Positions 40,693 through 52,051 of a DNA stretch of 64,000 bases are shown here, one piece after another. Source of the DNA: an uncultured Alphaproteobacteria bacterium (lineage in GTDB: Bacteria; Pseudomonadota; Alphaproteobacteria; RF32; CAG-239); contig CALXZI010000001.1 of NCBI GenBank assembly GCA_944393205.1, forward strand, positions 5,725-69,724, written 5' to 3'. The position numbers and the translations under genes are program-made. A model generated the notes under the pieces. The model was not told where the DNA came from. It ran no database searches and worked only from the letters and a program-made list of their open reading frames with translations. How positions within the stretch are numbered: position 1 is the stretch's first letter; the number at the start of each line of letters is the position of its first letter.

Positions 40693-41022
40693 CTACTCTT
40701 CCGTTGCAAGATTGGCGCAGTCAAATGTTGCCCGCCGCAAGTTATTATGGTATAAAATAATTTCCCGCAGATAAGCTTGCCGACCACCCGATGCATCGCA
40801 ATACATTGCCGCCAACGGCGCCAACTCGTCAATACGGATGTCTTTGTACTCATAAGTTACATAATCCGGTGTCTCGGCCTTAACCGCCACGTTTTGCCGA
40901 TAACGCTCGGCATCATCGGCATAATAACTGCCCTGCACTTTTGCCGGTTCGGACTGAAACGCACTGCACGCCGACAGCAAGCAGCACACGCCGACTATAA
41001 TTTTCAATTTGTTCATAAACAT
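40693..41022 (-). CDS. small lipoprotein, hypothetical
   Basis: Lipobox LLSAC after a hydrophobic leader. Confidence 0.45.
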   Translation of the reverse strand: MFMNKLKIIVGVCCLLSACSAFQSEPAKVQGSYYADDAERYRQNVAVKAETPDYVTYEYKDIRIDELAPLAAMYCDASGGRQAYLREIILYHNNLRRATFDCANLATEE

Positions 41023-41065
41023 ATCCTTTCAAAATATATCTTATCGGACGACCCTTAAACAATCC

Positions 41066-41374
41066 TTAACTTAACTCATCATAAAGCTCTTTTCCGGCGC
41101 GCTGTAAAATTTCATAGACGCGGCGATTGGTGCCATTTTTTGATTTTGAGTTGTTTAATTGATCAAGCATCTTCTGCAATCTTTTATTAAAACGTTTGTC
41201 CTGGCGGAGTTTTTCAACATCACGCAAAGTTTCCTCATCATTAATTTTATAATCGGCAATTGCTTTAACAGTAGCCAAATATGCTGCCTCTTTTTGTGAA
41301 GCATATTGAGCGCAAACCGGTTGGCAAAAAATAAACCCCAAACCAAATATTAAAAAAAACATCATATATTTCAT
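41066..41374 (-). CDS. small secreted hypothetical protein
   Basis: Signal peptide MKYMMFFLIFGLGFIFCQPVCA. Confidence 0.45.
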   Translation of the reverse strand: MKYMMFFLIFGLGFIFCQPVCAQYASQKEAAYLATVKAIADYKINDEETLRDVEKLRQDKRFNKRLQKMLDQLNNSKSKNGTNRRVYEILQRAGKELYDELS

Positions 41375-41461
41375 GCGATTCTCCTTGACCTGTTAAAAAG
41401 GATGTGATTAAAATTTCCTATAATATAATCTAAACTTTAATTTTAGGAAAGTACTATTTTC

Positions 41462-42430
41462 ATGAAAAAAAAATTATGGGTTCTTTTAGATAGTCGCACC
41501 GGTAGCGTCGGACAAGCACGCGGCGTTGTTCAACAACTCAATCCTGAACATTATGATATCACTGAAAAAGTGCTTGATTATACAAAATTTTCAGGGCTAC
41601 CTAATTTTCTGCGCGGTAAAACCCTTATCGGCTTAACCCCTGCCAGCAAGCAAGCCATCGTTGCACCGTTTCCGGATTTGGTTCTTTCCACAAGCCGTCG
41701 CACCGTGCCTGTTGCCCGTTTTATCAAAAAGCAAAATCCAAACACCAAACTTATTCAATTAATGCACCCCGGTCGTACCGGTCTGCGTGAATTTAATTTG
41801 GCGATTGTTCCCGAACATGATAAAAACAAAGTTTCATATCCCAACATCAAATATATTGTCGGCGCGCCGCATCGTATTACTGAAAAAGTACTTACCGAAG
41901 CACGTGAAACTTGGCAGCCAAAGTTCGCTGACCTGCCCAAACCCTTAACAGCCGTAGTTATCGGCGGCGCCATTAAAAACAAAGAATTTTCTCTTGAAAA
42001 CGCCGCATCCCTCGGTCATAAAATCAAAGAGATAAAAGAAAAAATCGGCGGTTCAATTTTGATTACCACTTCGCGCCGCACCGGCGCCAAAGCCGAAAAG
42101 GTCATTATGGATGCTCTTGCCGGCATACCAGCTTATACTTTTTTGTGGGGTGATAAAAAAGAAAACCCTTATATGGGATATTTAGCCTGTGCGGACAATA
42201 TTATCGTCACCGGCGATTCCGTTTCCATGTGTTGCGAAGCCTGCGGCACAGGCAAACCGGTCTTTGTCTTTACCGGACGCCATTGGCTCACCCGCAAACA
42301 TATTCGTTTCATTGCCTCGCTTTATAAAAACGGTTATGCTGCTGCGCTTAAAACACATAATCTTAATTTCAAACCCAAAAGAAAATTAAACGCCGCCGTT
42401 GATGCCGCCGCCATGATTGATGCGCTCTAA
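41462..42430 (+). CDS. ELM1/DUF1022-family protein (mitochondrial-fission ELM1-like)
   Basis: 322 aa, layout of the alphaproteobacterial ELM1-like family (LLDSRTGSVGQARGV N-terminus). Confidence 0.45.
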   Translation: MKKKLWVLLDSRTGSVGQARGVVQQLNPEHYDITEKVLDYTKFSGLPNFLRGKTLIGLTPASKQAIVAPFPDLVLSTSRRTVPVARFIKKQNPNTKLIQLMHPGRTGLREFNLAIVPEHDKNKVSYPNIKYIVGAPHRITEKVLTEARETWQPKFADLPKPLTAVVIGGAIKNKEFSLENAASLGHKIKEIKEKIGGSILITTSRRTGAKAEKVIMDALAGIPAYTFLWGDKKENPYMGYLACADNIIVTGDSVSMCCEACGTGKPVFVFTGRHWLTRKHIRFIASLYKNGYAAALKTHNLNFKPKRKLNAAVDAAAMIDAL

Positions 42431-42437
42431 ACCAACG

Positions 42438-43511
42438 TCAAATACGCTCAAAATTAATCCGCGGATCCACAAGCGAATAGGTAATGTCGCTGATAAGCTT
42501 TAAGACCAAACCGATTAAAGCAAAAATGTATAACGTGCCGAAAACAACCGGATAATCGCGCGTCATGATAGCTTCATACCCCAAAAGCCCCAAACCGTTT
42601 AAGGAAAATATGACCTCTATCAAAAGCGAACCGGTAAACAACATTTTAATCAAAAGCGATGGAAATCCGGCAATAACAATCAGCATCGCATTGCGAAAGA
42701 CATGCTTGTAAAGGATTTGTTTTTCACTTAATCCCTTGGCGCGTGCCGTTAAAACATATTGTTTGCCAATCTCATCTAAAAAAGAATTTTTGGTCAACAT
42801 AGTCAGCGAGGCAAACCCGCCGATAACAATAGACAACACCGGCAAAGCAATATGCCAAAAATAATCTCCGATTTTTGCCATGAAAGAAAGTTCATCCCAA
42901 TTATCCGAGGTCAACCCGCGCAACGGAAACCATTGCAAATAAACCCCGCCGGCGAAAAACACGATTAAAAAAACCGCAAACAAAAACACCGGAATGGCAG
43001 AACCGACAATCACCGCTAAAGACGTATACACATCAAACCGGCTGCCGTCGCACAAGGCTTTTTTAATCCCGAGCGGAATGGATATAAGATAAATAATCAG
43101 CGTTGACCAAAGCCCCAGAGAAACCGAAACCGGCATTCGCTCCCAAATCAATTCACCCACGCTTTTATCACGATAATAACTGCGCCCAAAATCAAACACG
43201 GCATATTCTTTTATCATCTTACCAAAACGCTCCGGCCACGGCTTGTCAAACCCGAATTGTTTTTCCAATGCCTTGACCAAATCATCGGGAACACCTTGCG
43301 CTCCTTGATACTTTTGCATACCGGAAGATTGTTGCATCGGCGCGGTGGCCGTAAACTGTGCCTTACTGTCAACATTCATTCCCTGATATTTTGCCAACAT
43401 ATATTCCACCGGTCCACCGGGCGCCAGCTGGATGATTCCGAAATTAACGGTTAAAATACCCAAAAGTGTTAATGGTATCAATAAAAGTCTTTTAATAATA
43501 TAATTTCTCAT
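42438..43511 (-). CDS. yejB: ABC peptide/microcin-type transporter permease (YejB-like)
   Basis: 6-TM OppB-family permease, [29 protein letters not shown]. Confidence 0.75.
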   Translation of the reverse strand: MRNYIIKRLLLIPLTLLGILTVNFGIIQLAPGGPVEYMLAKYQGMNVDSKAQFTATAPMQQSSGMQKYQGAQGVPDDLVKALEKQFGFDKPWPERFGKMIKEYAVFDFGRSYYRDKSVGELIWERMPVSVSLGLWSTLIIYLISIPLGIKKALCDGSRFDVYTSLAVIVGSAIPVFLFAVFLIVFFAGGVYLQWFPLRGLTSDNWDELSFMAKIGDYFWHIALPVLSIVIGGFASLTMLTKNSFLDEIGKQYVLTARAKGLSEKQILYKHVFRNAMLIVIAGFPSLLIKMLFTGSLLIEVIFSLNGLGLLGYEAIMTRDYPVVFGTLYIFALIGLVLKLISDITYSLVDPRINFERI

Positions 43512-45319
43512 GGTTTTTCCTCCAGCCACCATGTAAAAGGTTGGAAACCGGCTTCTACAGTGCTTTGAGGCATCCCGAACTTATTGACATATCCAACCCT
43601 GTTGTATGGCGAATACCACTGAAAAATAAGATAATATTCGTGCAGCAAAACCCTATCCAACGCTTTAACAGAAGCTTCAAAATCTTCCCGATTTTGCGCT
43701 TGTACAACGTCGTTGATTAAAGCATCAACCACCGGATTTTTAATGCCCATCACATTATAACTTCCGGTAACATCCGCCGCGCGGCTGCCGAACATTTCTT
43801 TCAACTCATTGCCGGGCATAGCGCTCATACCGTAAGACATGATAGCCACATCAAAATCAAAATTATCCATCCGGTTTTTAAAAATATTGATTTCCAAATT
43901 ACGGAACGTTGCCTCAACCCCGATTTTTTTCAAATTGGCAATAAACGGTAACATCACGCGGGTAAAACTTGATCCGTTGGCCGAATTGCTTAAAATTTCA
44001 AATTTTAACGGCTCTCCGGTTTTGAGATTTGTCATTTTGCCGTCTACAAAATCATATCCGGATTCGTTTAACAATCGTACCGCTTGTTTTAAATTTTGTC
44101 GCACTTTTGCAGGCGTTGAATTATCCGGAAGTCTAAATTCTTCCGTAAATACCGTCTCATCAATTTGTCCGCGGTATTTCTCCAAAATTTCCAATTCTCT
44201 GCCCTCCGGAAGCCCCGTTGCTTCCATGCCGCTGTTGGTAAAATAGCTGTATAGGCGCTGATACTGTCCATAAAATAATTTTTCGTTTGCCCATTCAAAA
44301 TTAAAAGCCAAATCTATGGCACGGCGCACCCGCTTATCTTGAAATTTTGGTAGCCGCAAATTAAAAGCAAAATGTTGCAATATCGCCGGATTATGGTGCT
44401 CAAATGCATGCTTGACTATTTTACCGCTCTGCACCGGTTCGTTATCATAACCCGTTGCCCAAATTTTAGCGATATACTCTTCCCGCACATCAATATTACC
44501 GGCAAACAACGCTTGCAAGGTAATCGTCGTATCTTGATAATAATCCAGCCTAATCTCGTCAAAATTATAAAATCCGCGCCGCGTTGGCAAATTATTGCCC
44601 CAATAATCACGCCGGCGTTTTAAAGTAATATATTTTCCCGCTTCAAAATCACTGATTTCATACGGCCCGCCGCCCAATGGAACCTGCAACGAAGGTCTTG
44701 AAAAATCCCGATTTTCCCAATCTTTTTTGGGAAAAATTTTAAGCTGCGACAAAATAAGCGGCAATTCTTTATTATTACTCCCTTTTTTAAAAACAAACCG
44801 CACATGCCGTTCTCCGATTTTTTCCACCCGCTCAACATCGCCGTAATAAACCCGATAAATCGGCGCCCCTTGCTCGGTCAACGCCTTAAAACTAAAAATC
44901 ACATCATCGGCGGTAACCGGCATTCCATCGGCAAACTTTGCCCGTTCATCTAAAATAAACCCAACATAAGAGTAATCTTCCGGCAATTCAAATTCTTTTG
45001 CCAACAACGGATAAGCCACCGACATATCATCAACCGGCGAATACCCCAAACTGTCCCAGATCAAGTCCGCGGCAATTCCCGATGCCGAACCTTTAAAAAT
45101 AAACGGATTAAAATTATCAAAACTGCCGTATTCGGGCATTACCAGCCGTCCGCCTTGCGGCGCCTCGGGATTAACATATTCAAAATGCGTAAAATTATCC
45201 GGATATTTGGCATCACCGTATAAAGCCAAACGTGTCAAAGCCGCATTTGCCGCACTGCCGCACAACATTATGCCCATCAGCATAAAAATAAATAGCTTAT
45301 TTTTTATAATTTTCTTCAT
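43508..45319 (-). CDS. yejA: periplasmic substrate-binding protein, family 5 (YejA-like)
   Basis: 603 aa with signal peptide, SBP_bac_5 size and architecture, immediately upstream of yejB. Confidence 0.75.
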   Translation of the reverse strand: MKKIIKNKLFIFMLMGIMLCGSAANAALTRLALYGDAKYPDNFTHFEYVNPEAPQGGRLVMPEYGSFDNFNPFIFKGSASGIAADLIWDSLGYSPVDDMSVAYPLLAKEFELPEDYSYVGFILDERAKFADGMPVTADDVIFSFKALTEQGAPIYRVYYGDVERVEKIGERHVRFVFKKGSNNKELPLILSQLKIFPKKDWENRDFSRPSLQVPLGGGPYEISDFEAGKYITLKRRRDYWGNNLPTRRGFYNFDEIRLDYYQDTTITLQALFAGNIDVREEYIAKIWATGYDNEPVQSGKIVKHAFEHHNPAILQHFAFNLRLPKFQDKRVRRAIDLAFNFEWANEKLFYGQYQRLYSYFTNSGMEATGLPEGRELEILEKYRGQIDETVFTEEFRLPDNSTPAKVRQNLKQAVRLLNESGYDFVDGKMTNLKTGEPLKFEILSNSANGSSFTRVMLPFIANLKKIGVEATFRNLEINIFKNRMDNFDFDVAIMSYGMSAMPGNELKEMFGSRAADVTGSYNVMGIKNPVVDALINDVVQAQNREDFEASVKALDRVLLHEYYLIFQWYSPYNRVGYVNKFGMPQSTVEAGFQPFTWWLEEKP

Positions 45320-46553
45320 TCATCCATCCGCCGAACGGATAAGCAAAATCATTATTTTGCGGATTTTCTGTCCGCACCGATGGCTTGCCTTCATCAGAAG
45401 ATACCGACATATAACTGTTTTCCGGAACTCCAGCGGAATTCTTATTTTCATTGATAAAAGGAACATCATATACTTTTCCGGATTGTACCGCTTCGGCATT
45501 GTTTTCCGACATCTTAATTTTTGTTTCCGTAAACAAGCGGCCTTCATAATGCGCGGCTTGCGATTCGTCCTGAATATCTTCATCTTCGGCAACATAATTT
45601 TGCGTATAATTTTTATGCGTTTCTTCAGGAGAATTCAGGCTTTTCTGCAACGCCGTAAAAAACGCCTCATCACTCTGCTGTTCAGTTTCCGATATTTCAT
45701 CTTCTGATTTTTTCTTTTTCTTAAACGGATTTAAGCGGCTTAAAAACGAAACTTTTTCATCATCGTTTTGCGGCGCTTCCATTGTTAAAATATTAGGCGA
45801 AACCTCAAATGTTTTCTCATCCGCATCCGGTTGCGGTGATTGCTCCGGCGCAACGTTTTCCAGAGCATCGGCCGCCGGCGCCAAAATAGAATAAACCTTG
45901 CCCATCACACCGGTTTCCACAATCGTGATAAATACGCGGTCGCGATCATGCTTTTCCAACAGTGCGTTCAAATTCTGATAACGGGCGCAAAATTCCAACA
46001 GAGTCCCTTTAAACACGCTGTCTTTACGTGCTTTTTCTGCCAAATAAGCACTAAAATCATCATAATTTTTGGCAGCTTCAATCAAGGTCTTGCCGATTGT
46101 CCAACGTTCACCGTTTTTCACCCGCGCCCAAAGCTGTTCCAACTGCAAAGAAGAAGCGGCATTACAACGTAACACAATATCAGCCAAAAGCTCATTCATA
46201 TCGGCGATAAACACATCAAACTTATTGATAACAAAACCATCTTTGATTTCATGTTCGGCATCAAGCATAACCCGCACCACCAAATCCGTATAGTCTTGAT
46301 TTTTTTTCATCTGATTAAAAAGCTGATTTAAACGCAAATTAAAATTTGAATCTTTAATATAATGGTTAATAAGTCCAAAAATCTGCCACATAGCCCATGC
46401 CGGCAACACAACAAGCCCGATATACAAAGCAAGCCGTTCGGCGCTCACAGAGCTCAAATCCGCTCCTGCCAACTGGCCGTGGATATAAAGCAACGCATAT
46501 GCCGTCCAAGACAGTGAAGAAAAAAGCGTTGCAAAAAACAAAACTCTCAACAA
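45297..46553 (-). CDS. hypothetical membrane-anchored protein (418 aa) with an acidic C-terminal tail
   Basis: Two N-terminal TM segments, soluble alpha-rich body, D/E-rich C-terminus. Confidence 0.45.
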   Translation of the reverse strand: MLRVLFFATLFSSLSWTAYALLYIHGQLAGADLSSVSAERLALYIGLVVLPAWAMWQIFGLINHYIKDSNFNLRLNQLFNQMKKNQDYTDLVVRVMLDAEHEIKDGFVINKFDVFIADMNELLADIVLRCNAASSLQLEQLWARVKNGERWTIGKTLIEAAKNYDDFSAYLAEKARKDSVFKGTLLEFCARYQNLNALLEKHDRDRVFITIVETGVMGKVYSILAPAADALENVAPEQSPQPDADEKTFEVSPNILTMEAPQNDDEKVSFLSRLNPFKKKKKSEDEISETEQQSDEAFFTALQKSLNSPEETHKNYTQNYVAEDEDIQDESQAAHYEGRLFTETKIKMSENNAEAVQSGKVYDVPFINENKNSAGVPENSYMSVSSDEGKPSVRTENPQNNDFAYPFGGWMNEENYKK

Positions 46554-46733
46554 TGATTCACTCCGTCATTTGCCTGTTAAACTCGTTTCATAGTATTTAA
46601 CTTTGCATCATTTTTCAATTAAAATTCTCATACTGTGAAAAGAAAAAATCAACAATATGAAAATTATTTAGTGAAATCTGAAAAAAAAAGTGTTATGAGA
46701 ACATTAAGTCTTAAACTAATGTACGAGGAAAAA

Positions 46734-47720
46734 ATGACAACCGATTCTACTGAAGTCGTCTTGGATTTTGAAAAGAATATTGTTGAAATTGAAGAAAAAA
46801 TTAAGCATTTGCAAGAACTTGCCAAAAGCGAAGATGTTGATATCACAAAAGAGACTAAACGCTTACAACACAAGCTCACCAAATCGCTCAACGCCACGTA
46901 TCATAACCTAACCGCTTGGCAAAAGACGCAAATTGCCCGCCACCCACAGCGGCCGCATTGTTTAGATTATATCAAAGCTCTGATTACCGACTTTGTGCCA
47001 CTTTGCGGTGACCGTCGTTTTGGCGAAGACGAAGCCATGATTGCAGGCATCGGTAAGTTTGAAGGCGTTTCGGTGGTGGTTATCGGTCAAGAAAAAGGGC
47101 ATGATTTGGAAACCCGTATGAAACATAATTTCGGCATGGCCAAACCGGAAGGTTACCGTAAGGCTCAACGCTTAATGGATATGGCTTCCCGCTTCAATAT
47201 GCCGGTTTTAAGTTTTGTGGATACGGCCGGCGCTTACCCCGGCATGGACGCCGAAGAACGCGGCCAAGCCGAAGCCATTGCCGCTTCCATGGAAAAATGT
47301 TTTGAAGTAAAGGCTCCGATTATTGCCACTGTCATCGGCGAAGGCGGTTCCGGCGGCGCCATTGCCATTGCCACCGCCAATGTTGTCATGATGCTGGAAC
47401 ATTCCATTTATTCGGTTATTTCACCGGAAGGTTGTGCCTCCATTTTATGGCGTTCGGCCGACAAAACCAAAGAAGCGACGGAAGCCCTAAAGTTAACAGC
47501 TCAAGATTTAAAATCTTTCGGTATTATTGATGATATTGTACCAGAACCGCTGGGCGGCGCACATCGTAAACCGGAAGTCGTTTTTGAAAATTTGCGCAAA
47601 AGCTTGCGTAAACACATCAACGAATTGGCGCGTTTTAATGGCGAAGAACTCAAAAAACAACGCACCGAAAAGTTTTTAGCCATGAGCCGCAATTTTGAAA
47701 AAACAAATTCGGCAAAATAA
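46734..47720 (+). CDS. accA: acetyl-CoA carboxylase carboxyltransferase alpha subunit
   Basis: Start trimmed to MTTDSTEVVLDFEKN with a GAGGAAAAA RBS. Conserved ARHPQRP and GEGGSGGA motifs. Confidence 0.9.
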   Translation: MTTDSTEVVLDFEKNIVEIEEKIKHLQELAKSEDVDITKETKRLQHKLTKSLNATYHNLTAWQKTQIARHPQRPHCLDYIKALITDFVPLCGDRRFGEDEAMIAGIGKFEGVSVVVIGQEKGHDLETRMKHNFGMAKPEGYRKAQRLMDMASRFNMPVLSFVDTAGAYPGMDAEERGQAEAIAASMEKCFEVKAPIIATVIGEGGSGGAIAIATANVVMMLEHSIYSVISPEGCASILWRSADKTKEATEALKLTAQDLKSFGIIDDIVPEPLGGAHRKPEVVFENLRKSLRKHINELARFNGEELKKQRTEKFLAMSRNFEKTNSAK

Positions 47721-47727
47721 ACCCCAT

Positions 47728-47760
47728 TAAAAAAACCTGCCTAACAGCAGGTTTTTTTTA
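47728..47760. terminator. bidirectional terminator between accA and clpX
   Basis: AACCTGC-ctaaca-GCAGGTT hairpin flanked by an A7 run and a T8 run. Confidence 0.65.
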
Positions 47761-47766
47761 AGTTAA

Positions 47767-49029
47767 TTAAGCGCTTTTACTGTCCGGCTTTCGCACCAAA
47801 ATCGGTTCGGCATCTTCCGTAATGGCTTTTTCATTGATGATGATTTCCGTAACATCTTTCATATCCGGAATTTCATACATCAAATTCAGCAAAATCCCTT
47901 CCATAATCGCCCGCAAACCACGCGCGCCGGTTTTACGTTCAATCGCCTTGCGGGCGATAGCGCGTAAAGCATCATCGGTAACCGTCAGTTTAACATTTTC
48001 CATATCAAACAATGTCACATATTGTTTGAGTAAGGCGTTTTTCGGCTCGGTCAAAACCTTCATCAATGCGTCTTCATCCAAATCATTTAAGGTGGCAATA
48101 ATCGGCAAACGCCCGATAAACTCCGGAATAAGCCCGTATTTAAGCAAATCTTCCGGCTGTACATCCTTGATGATTTCACCGATTCCTTTGTCTTCCGGTG
48201 CTTCAACTTTAGCTCCGAAACCAATGGATGTATCTTTGCCACGACCGGCAACGATTTTTTCCAAACCGGCAAAAGCACCGCCGCAAATAAACAAAATATT
48301 GGTGGTATCAACGTGCAAAAATTCCTGTTGCGGATGCTTGCGCCCGCCTTGCGGCGGCACATTGGCAATTGTTCCTTCAATAATTTTCAGCAACGCTTGC
48401 TGCACACCCTCGCCGGACACATCGCGCGTGATGGACGGACCGTCGGTTTTACGCGTAATCTTATCAATTTCATCAATATACACAATGCCGCGTTGAGCTT
48501 TTTCAATGTCATAGTTCGCCGCCTGCACCAGTTTTAAGATGATGTTTTCCACATCTTCGCCGACATAACCGGCTTCAGTCAAAGTCGTTGCATCGGCAAT
48601 GGCAAACGGCACGTCCAAGATTTTAGCCAGCGTCTGCGCTAAAAGCGTTTTGCCCGAACCGGTGGAACCTATTAAAATCACATTTGACTTGGCAACATCA
48701 ACATCTTTATGATCTTTTTGGCAGTTCAAGCGTTTATAATGGTTATAAACCGCCACCGACAAAACTTTCTTGGCATAATCCTGACCGATAACATATTGAT
48801 CCAAAAATTCCCTGATTTTAGAAGGCGTCGGCAAATTTTCCGACAAGTTTCCGCCTTCGGGTGCATTTTCATCTTTATGCATTTCATCGGAAACGATATT
48901 GATGCATACTTCTATACATTCATCGCAAATATAAACGCCGCGACCGGCAATCAGTTTTTTTACTTCATTCTGGCTTTTACCGCAGAACGAGCAATGCAGT
49001 GTTTTATCTTCTTCTTTTTTATCGCTCAT
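47767..49029 (-). CDS. clpX: ATP-dependent Clp protease ATP-binding subunit ClpX
   Basis: N-terminal zinc finger CSFCGK...CDEC, Walker A GSTGSGKT, 420 aa. Confidence 0.95.
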   Translation of the reverse strand: MSDKKEEDKTLHCSFCGKSQNEVKKLIAGRGVYICDECIEVCINIVSDEMHKDENAPEGGNLSENLPTPSKIREFLDQYVIGQDYAKKVLSVAVYNHYKRLNCQKDHKDVDVAKSNVILIGSTGSGKTLLAQTLAKILDVPFAIADATTLTEAGYVGEDVENIILKLVQAANYDIEKAQRGIVYIDEIDKITRKTDGPSITRDVSGEGVQQALLKIIEGTIANVPPQGGRKHPQQEFLHVDTTNILFICGGAFAGLEKIVAGRGKDTSIGFGAKVEAPEDKGIGEIIKDVQPEDLLKYGLIPEFIGRLPIIATLNDLDEDALMKVLTEPKNALLKQYVTLFDMENVKLTVTDDALRAIARKAIERKTGARGLRAIMEGILLNLMYEIPDMKDVTEIIINEKAITEDAEPILVRKPDSKSA

Positions 49030-49037
49030 CTCAACTC

Positions 49038-49664
49038 CTATTTGGCAATTTCCTGCCGATTAGCTACAATCTCGTCAATCAAACCGAAATCTTTGGCTTC
49101 TTGCGGCGTCATAAAATTATCGCGATCCATCGCTTTTTCAATCACCTCAAGCGGCTGACCGGTGTTTTCGGCATAAATCTGGTTCAAACGTTTACGTAAA
49201 TCCAAAATCAGCTTGGCCTGAATTTCAATATCCGCCGCTTGTCCTTTGGCACCGCCCGAAGGCTGATGAATCATAATCTGCGAATTCGGCAACGAAAATC
49301 TTTTGCCCTTGGTGCCGCCGGCCAACAAAAACGAACCCATGGAACAAGCCTGCCCGATGCAAAGTGTGGAAACATCGCAGCTGATATAACGCATAGTATC
49401 ATACATCGCCATACCGGAGGTTACCACCCCGCCCGGTGAATTAATGTATAGATAAATATCTTTTTTCGGATTTTCCGATTCCAAAAACAACAACTGGGCG
49501 CAAACAAGCGAAGAGACCTCGTCGTTAACCTCGCCTGTCAAAAAAACAATTCGTTCTTTCAATAGTCTTGAAAAAATATCAAATGAGCGCTCACCGCGGG
49601 AAGTTTGTTCTATTACCATCGGCACAAGCGTATTATCATAAACTTCTATGGCACTTTTTGTCAT
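49038..49664 (-). CDS. clpP: ATP-dependent Clp protease proteolytic subunit
   Basis: 208 aa, ClpP catalytic region ([22 protein letters not shown]). Confidence 0.95.
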   Translation of the reverse strand: MTKSAIEVYDNTLVPMVIEQTSRGERSFDIFSRLLKERIVFLTGEVNDEVSSLVCAQLLFLESENPKKDIYLYINSPGGVVTSGMAMYDTMRYISCDVSTLCIGQACSMGSFLLAGGTKGKRFSLPNSQIMIHQPSGGAKGQAADIEIQAKLILDLRKRLNQIYAENTGQPLEVIEKAMDRDNFMTPQEAKDFGLIDEIVANRQEIAK

Positions 49665-49823
49665 AATTTACCTCAAAAAATTACAAAATCTTAATGATTA
49701 TAAATTACATTTATTCAATAAAATGTAAACAAAAATCGTAAAAACCTTAAAAAAATATGTGTTTTGCGGGTTTACAGACATTATAAAATTTGTTAAGGTA
49801 AATAAAAACAGGAGATTGGTTTT

Positions 49824-50276
49824 ATGTTTGCCCCCAAAAGCTTTGAGAAATTGCCTTCAACGGCTCGGGAAGTTTACCGCAACAAACTGCGTTTGGATGA
49901 ATTGGCAGTTTTTGATCCGTTTGAAACCGTTAATTTAAATGGATTGCAGGTTTTGCGTCATCCTGAATTTGAAGATTTCTTCAAAGTTCTGAATTCTCTG
50001 CGGGTTATGGATGACAACGGCACCTACCGGCCGCGCCAAACGGAAGATTTGAAAAAAGATATTATACGTACGGCCAAGCAAGAAACTTTTTTAGAGCTTC
50101 TTTATGATATTAAAGTACCCGAACAAGACACTTATCTTGATATTCTAAAAGAAAAACTGATGATAAATCTTGTTAACCTGGTTTTGGAAAAAGAAATCCC
50201 CACTGACCGCGGCTTAAGCGGACCCGAAATTTTACAGGTCAAAGAAACATTCAAACAAATGCTGGCCTCTTCTTAA
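49824..50276 (+). CDS. hypothetical protein (150 aa)
   Basis: Clean ORF followed by a strong terminator. Confidence 0.4.
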   Translation: MFAPKSFEKLPSTAREVYRNKLRLDELAVFDPFETVNLNGLQVLRHPEFEDFFKVLNSLRVMDDNGTYRPRQTEDLKKDIIRTAKQETFLELLYDIKVPEQDTYLDILKEKLMINLVNLVLEKEIPTDRGLSGPEILQVKETFKQMLASS

Positions 50277-50306
50277 AAGTCGGTTGTGGCATCAATCTTT
50301 ATAGAT

Positions 50307-50333
50307 ATCCCCGGGTAAACCCGGGGTTTTTTG
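50307..50333 (+). terminator. rho-independent terminator
   Basis: CCCCGGG-taaa-CCCGGGG followed by TTTTTT. Confidence 0.7.
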
Positions 50334-50469
50334 TATGGATTATAATAAACAACGGCTCCTGTTCAAAAAAACAGGAGCCTTGGCTCATAGAAACACTTTA
50401 ATTCCTTTAACCAAGCATTATTAGTACTTCTCTGTCTATTTTATATGACACTGTACAACCTGATATCTA

Positions 50470-51063
50470 TTAACGCCCGGTATTTAAAAAATCAGAAATA
50501 AGTTGATTTTCTGCATCTTTTTCAGACTGTATTTTTTCCCGGCTTTCTGTCATTCTCTTCTCACGATCTTCTTCCTGCTGCCGGATGTATTCCTGTTCTT
50601 TCGGTCTTATTTCGGAAACTGCGGCATTGGCAGCCATCAGGACAATAACATCATAAGGCTCTTCCGGCAAAGGAAAGCTATTGATTTTACTTCCCAAAGA
50701 AACCCCTTTGGAAAAATTACTTGTCCCAAAACGTTTTTCCTTATAACCATCAAAGGATATACCCACATTCAACGCATTTATATAACCGGCACTGTCTGGA
50801 GTGTATATATCATGCGATCCCCAAGAATCATATTTTCCGTCAAATTCTACAACCGCCTTCTGATGATTGCTTTTATTGACCATCTCCACGGCAACTTTAC
50901 CATTACCTTTAACGGCCTTTTCCGGATCAAAATCTTTCAAATTAACTTTAATGTTATAACCCCGGCTCTTTTCCAAAGCATCTTTTTGGAGTTTATCCAT
51001 TTTTCTTTTTGCTTGTTCTTGCTGCTTTCTGGCTTCAATTTTTTGGCGCAATGATTTAAACAT
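50470..51063 (-). CDS. hypothetical protein (197 aa), charged N- and C-termini, no signal peptide
   Basis: ORF 80 nt downstream of the VirB8-like gene on the same strand. Confidence 0.4.
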   Translation of the reverse strand: MFKSLRQKIEARKQQEQAKRKMDKLQKDALEKSRGYNIKVNLKDFDPEKAVKGNGKVAVEMVNKSNHQKAVVEFDGKYDSWGSHDIYTPDSAGYINALNVGISFDGYKEKRFGTSNFSKGVSLGSKINSFPLPEEPYDVIVLMAANAAVSEIRPKEQEYIRQQEEDREKRMTESREKIQSEKDAENQLISDFLNTGR

Positions 51064-51143
51064 TAAAAAATCTCCTCATTGTTATGACAAACTTTCTTTA
51101 CTTTTGATAATAGTAATATTTGAGTTTTTTGTCAAGTTTTTTT

Positions 51144-51914
51144 CTATTGTCCTTGTGCCTGACGACGCGCCGTATCAATATATGATTCTTTGTCGCCTTC
51201 AGCACCATGATATGCAAGCGAATAGCTTGCCACCAAAAAGCCATAAGGGTTGTTCAGACGATCTGCCGGCTCGGCGAAATTTAAACGTACATACATAATC
51301 CGCATGGTTGCCCGCCAATAAGAAACAGCCGGTACCGGATTATTACCGGTAAAATCATAAGTTGTAAACTGCGCTTGCCAAAGCCCGCGCGACAACGGCC
51401 GCACCCATGCGATTTCAATATACCGCTGTAGCCCGTTACGCCGAAACATCATAATACTGGCACGAGCATCTGTATTCACAAAGCTTTCATATTCTGTCGG
51501 TGTAGAATACCAATACAGCAATGAACCGCGTCCCCAACGTGACACCAGTTCATCAAAATCATTCGTAACCGTATAACGAGCGATTAAATATTCCCGAATA
51601 TAGTTTTCCGTCACTAAATCACTAACCGGATAACTGACCTCTCGCTTCTGCACTTGTTCAATCTGGCTGAAATACTTATTAATGTTATAAAATTCCGGAG
51701 TCACGCGTATCAAAGGCAACATCAAATAAATAGCGCTGGCCAGCATCATGTTAAAACAAATACTCAACCCCGACAAAATCACCAAAAGCCGCGACGTCCA
51801 CAGATAACGTCGTTCAGGAAAAGCCTCTACGTGTACCTTTTCCGGAAAATTCCCCAACTGATCCGGACTTTCTTTTTCCTTATATTTAAAGAGCGTGCGA
51901 AAAATATCAAACAT
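51144..51914 (-). CDS. VirB8-like type IV secretion component (NTF2-like periplasmic domain)
   Basis: ~40-aa cytoplasmic N-terminus, single TM (LLVILSGLSICFNMMLASAIYLMLPL), periplasmic domain with a VirB8-like NPxGF motif (RLNNPYGFLVASY). Confidence 0.45.
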   Translation of the reverse strand: MFDIFRTLFKYKEKESPDQLGNFPEKVHVEAFPERRYLWTSRLLVILSGLSICFNMMLASAIYLMLPLIRVTPEFYNINKYFSQIEQVQKREVSYPVSDLVTENYIREYLIARYTVTNDFDELVSRWGRGSLLYWYSTPTEYESFVNTDARASIMMFRRNGLQRYIEIAWVRPLSRGLWQAQFTTYDFTGNNPVPAVSYWRATMRIMYVRLNFAEPADRLNNPYGFLVASYSLAYHGAEGDKESYIDTARRQAQGQ

Positions 51915-52051
51915 ATGCTGATTTTAACCTCAATTTTACATTTATACGTTATTTTATACATCAAAGTTGTATAAAAGCAATTAAATACTATCAATTTTTA
52001 AAAAATAGTATAACAATGTTTTTTATAAACACGTGGTTAAGGATATAAAAA

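Noticed and set aside
50352-50384. GGCTCCTGTT...AACAGGAGCC inverted repeat considered as a terminator for the 50470-51063 gene
   Set aside because: The A/T run lies in the loop, not 3' of the stem on either strand, so it is not a canonical intrinsic terminator. It could still be a structured element, but this is unsupported.
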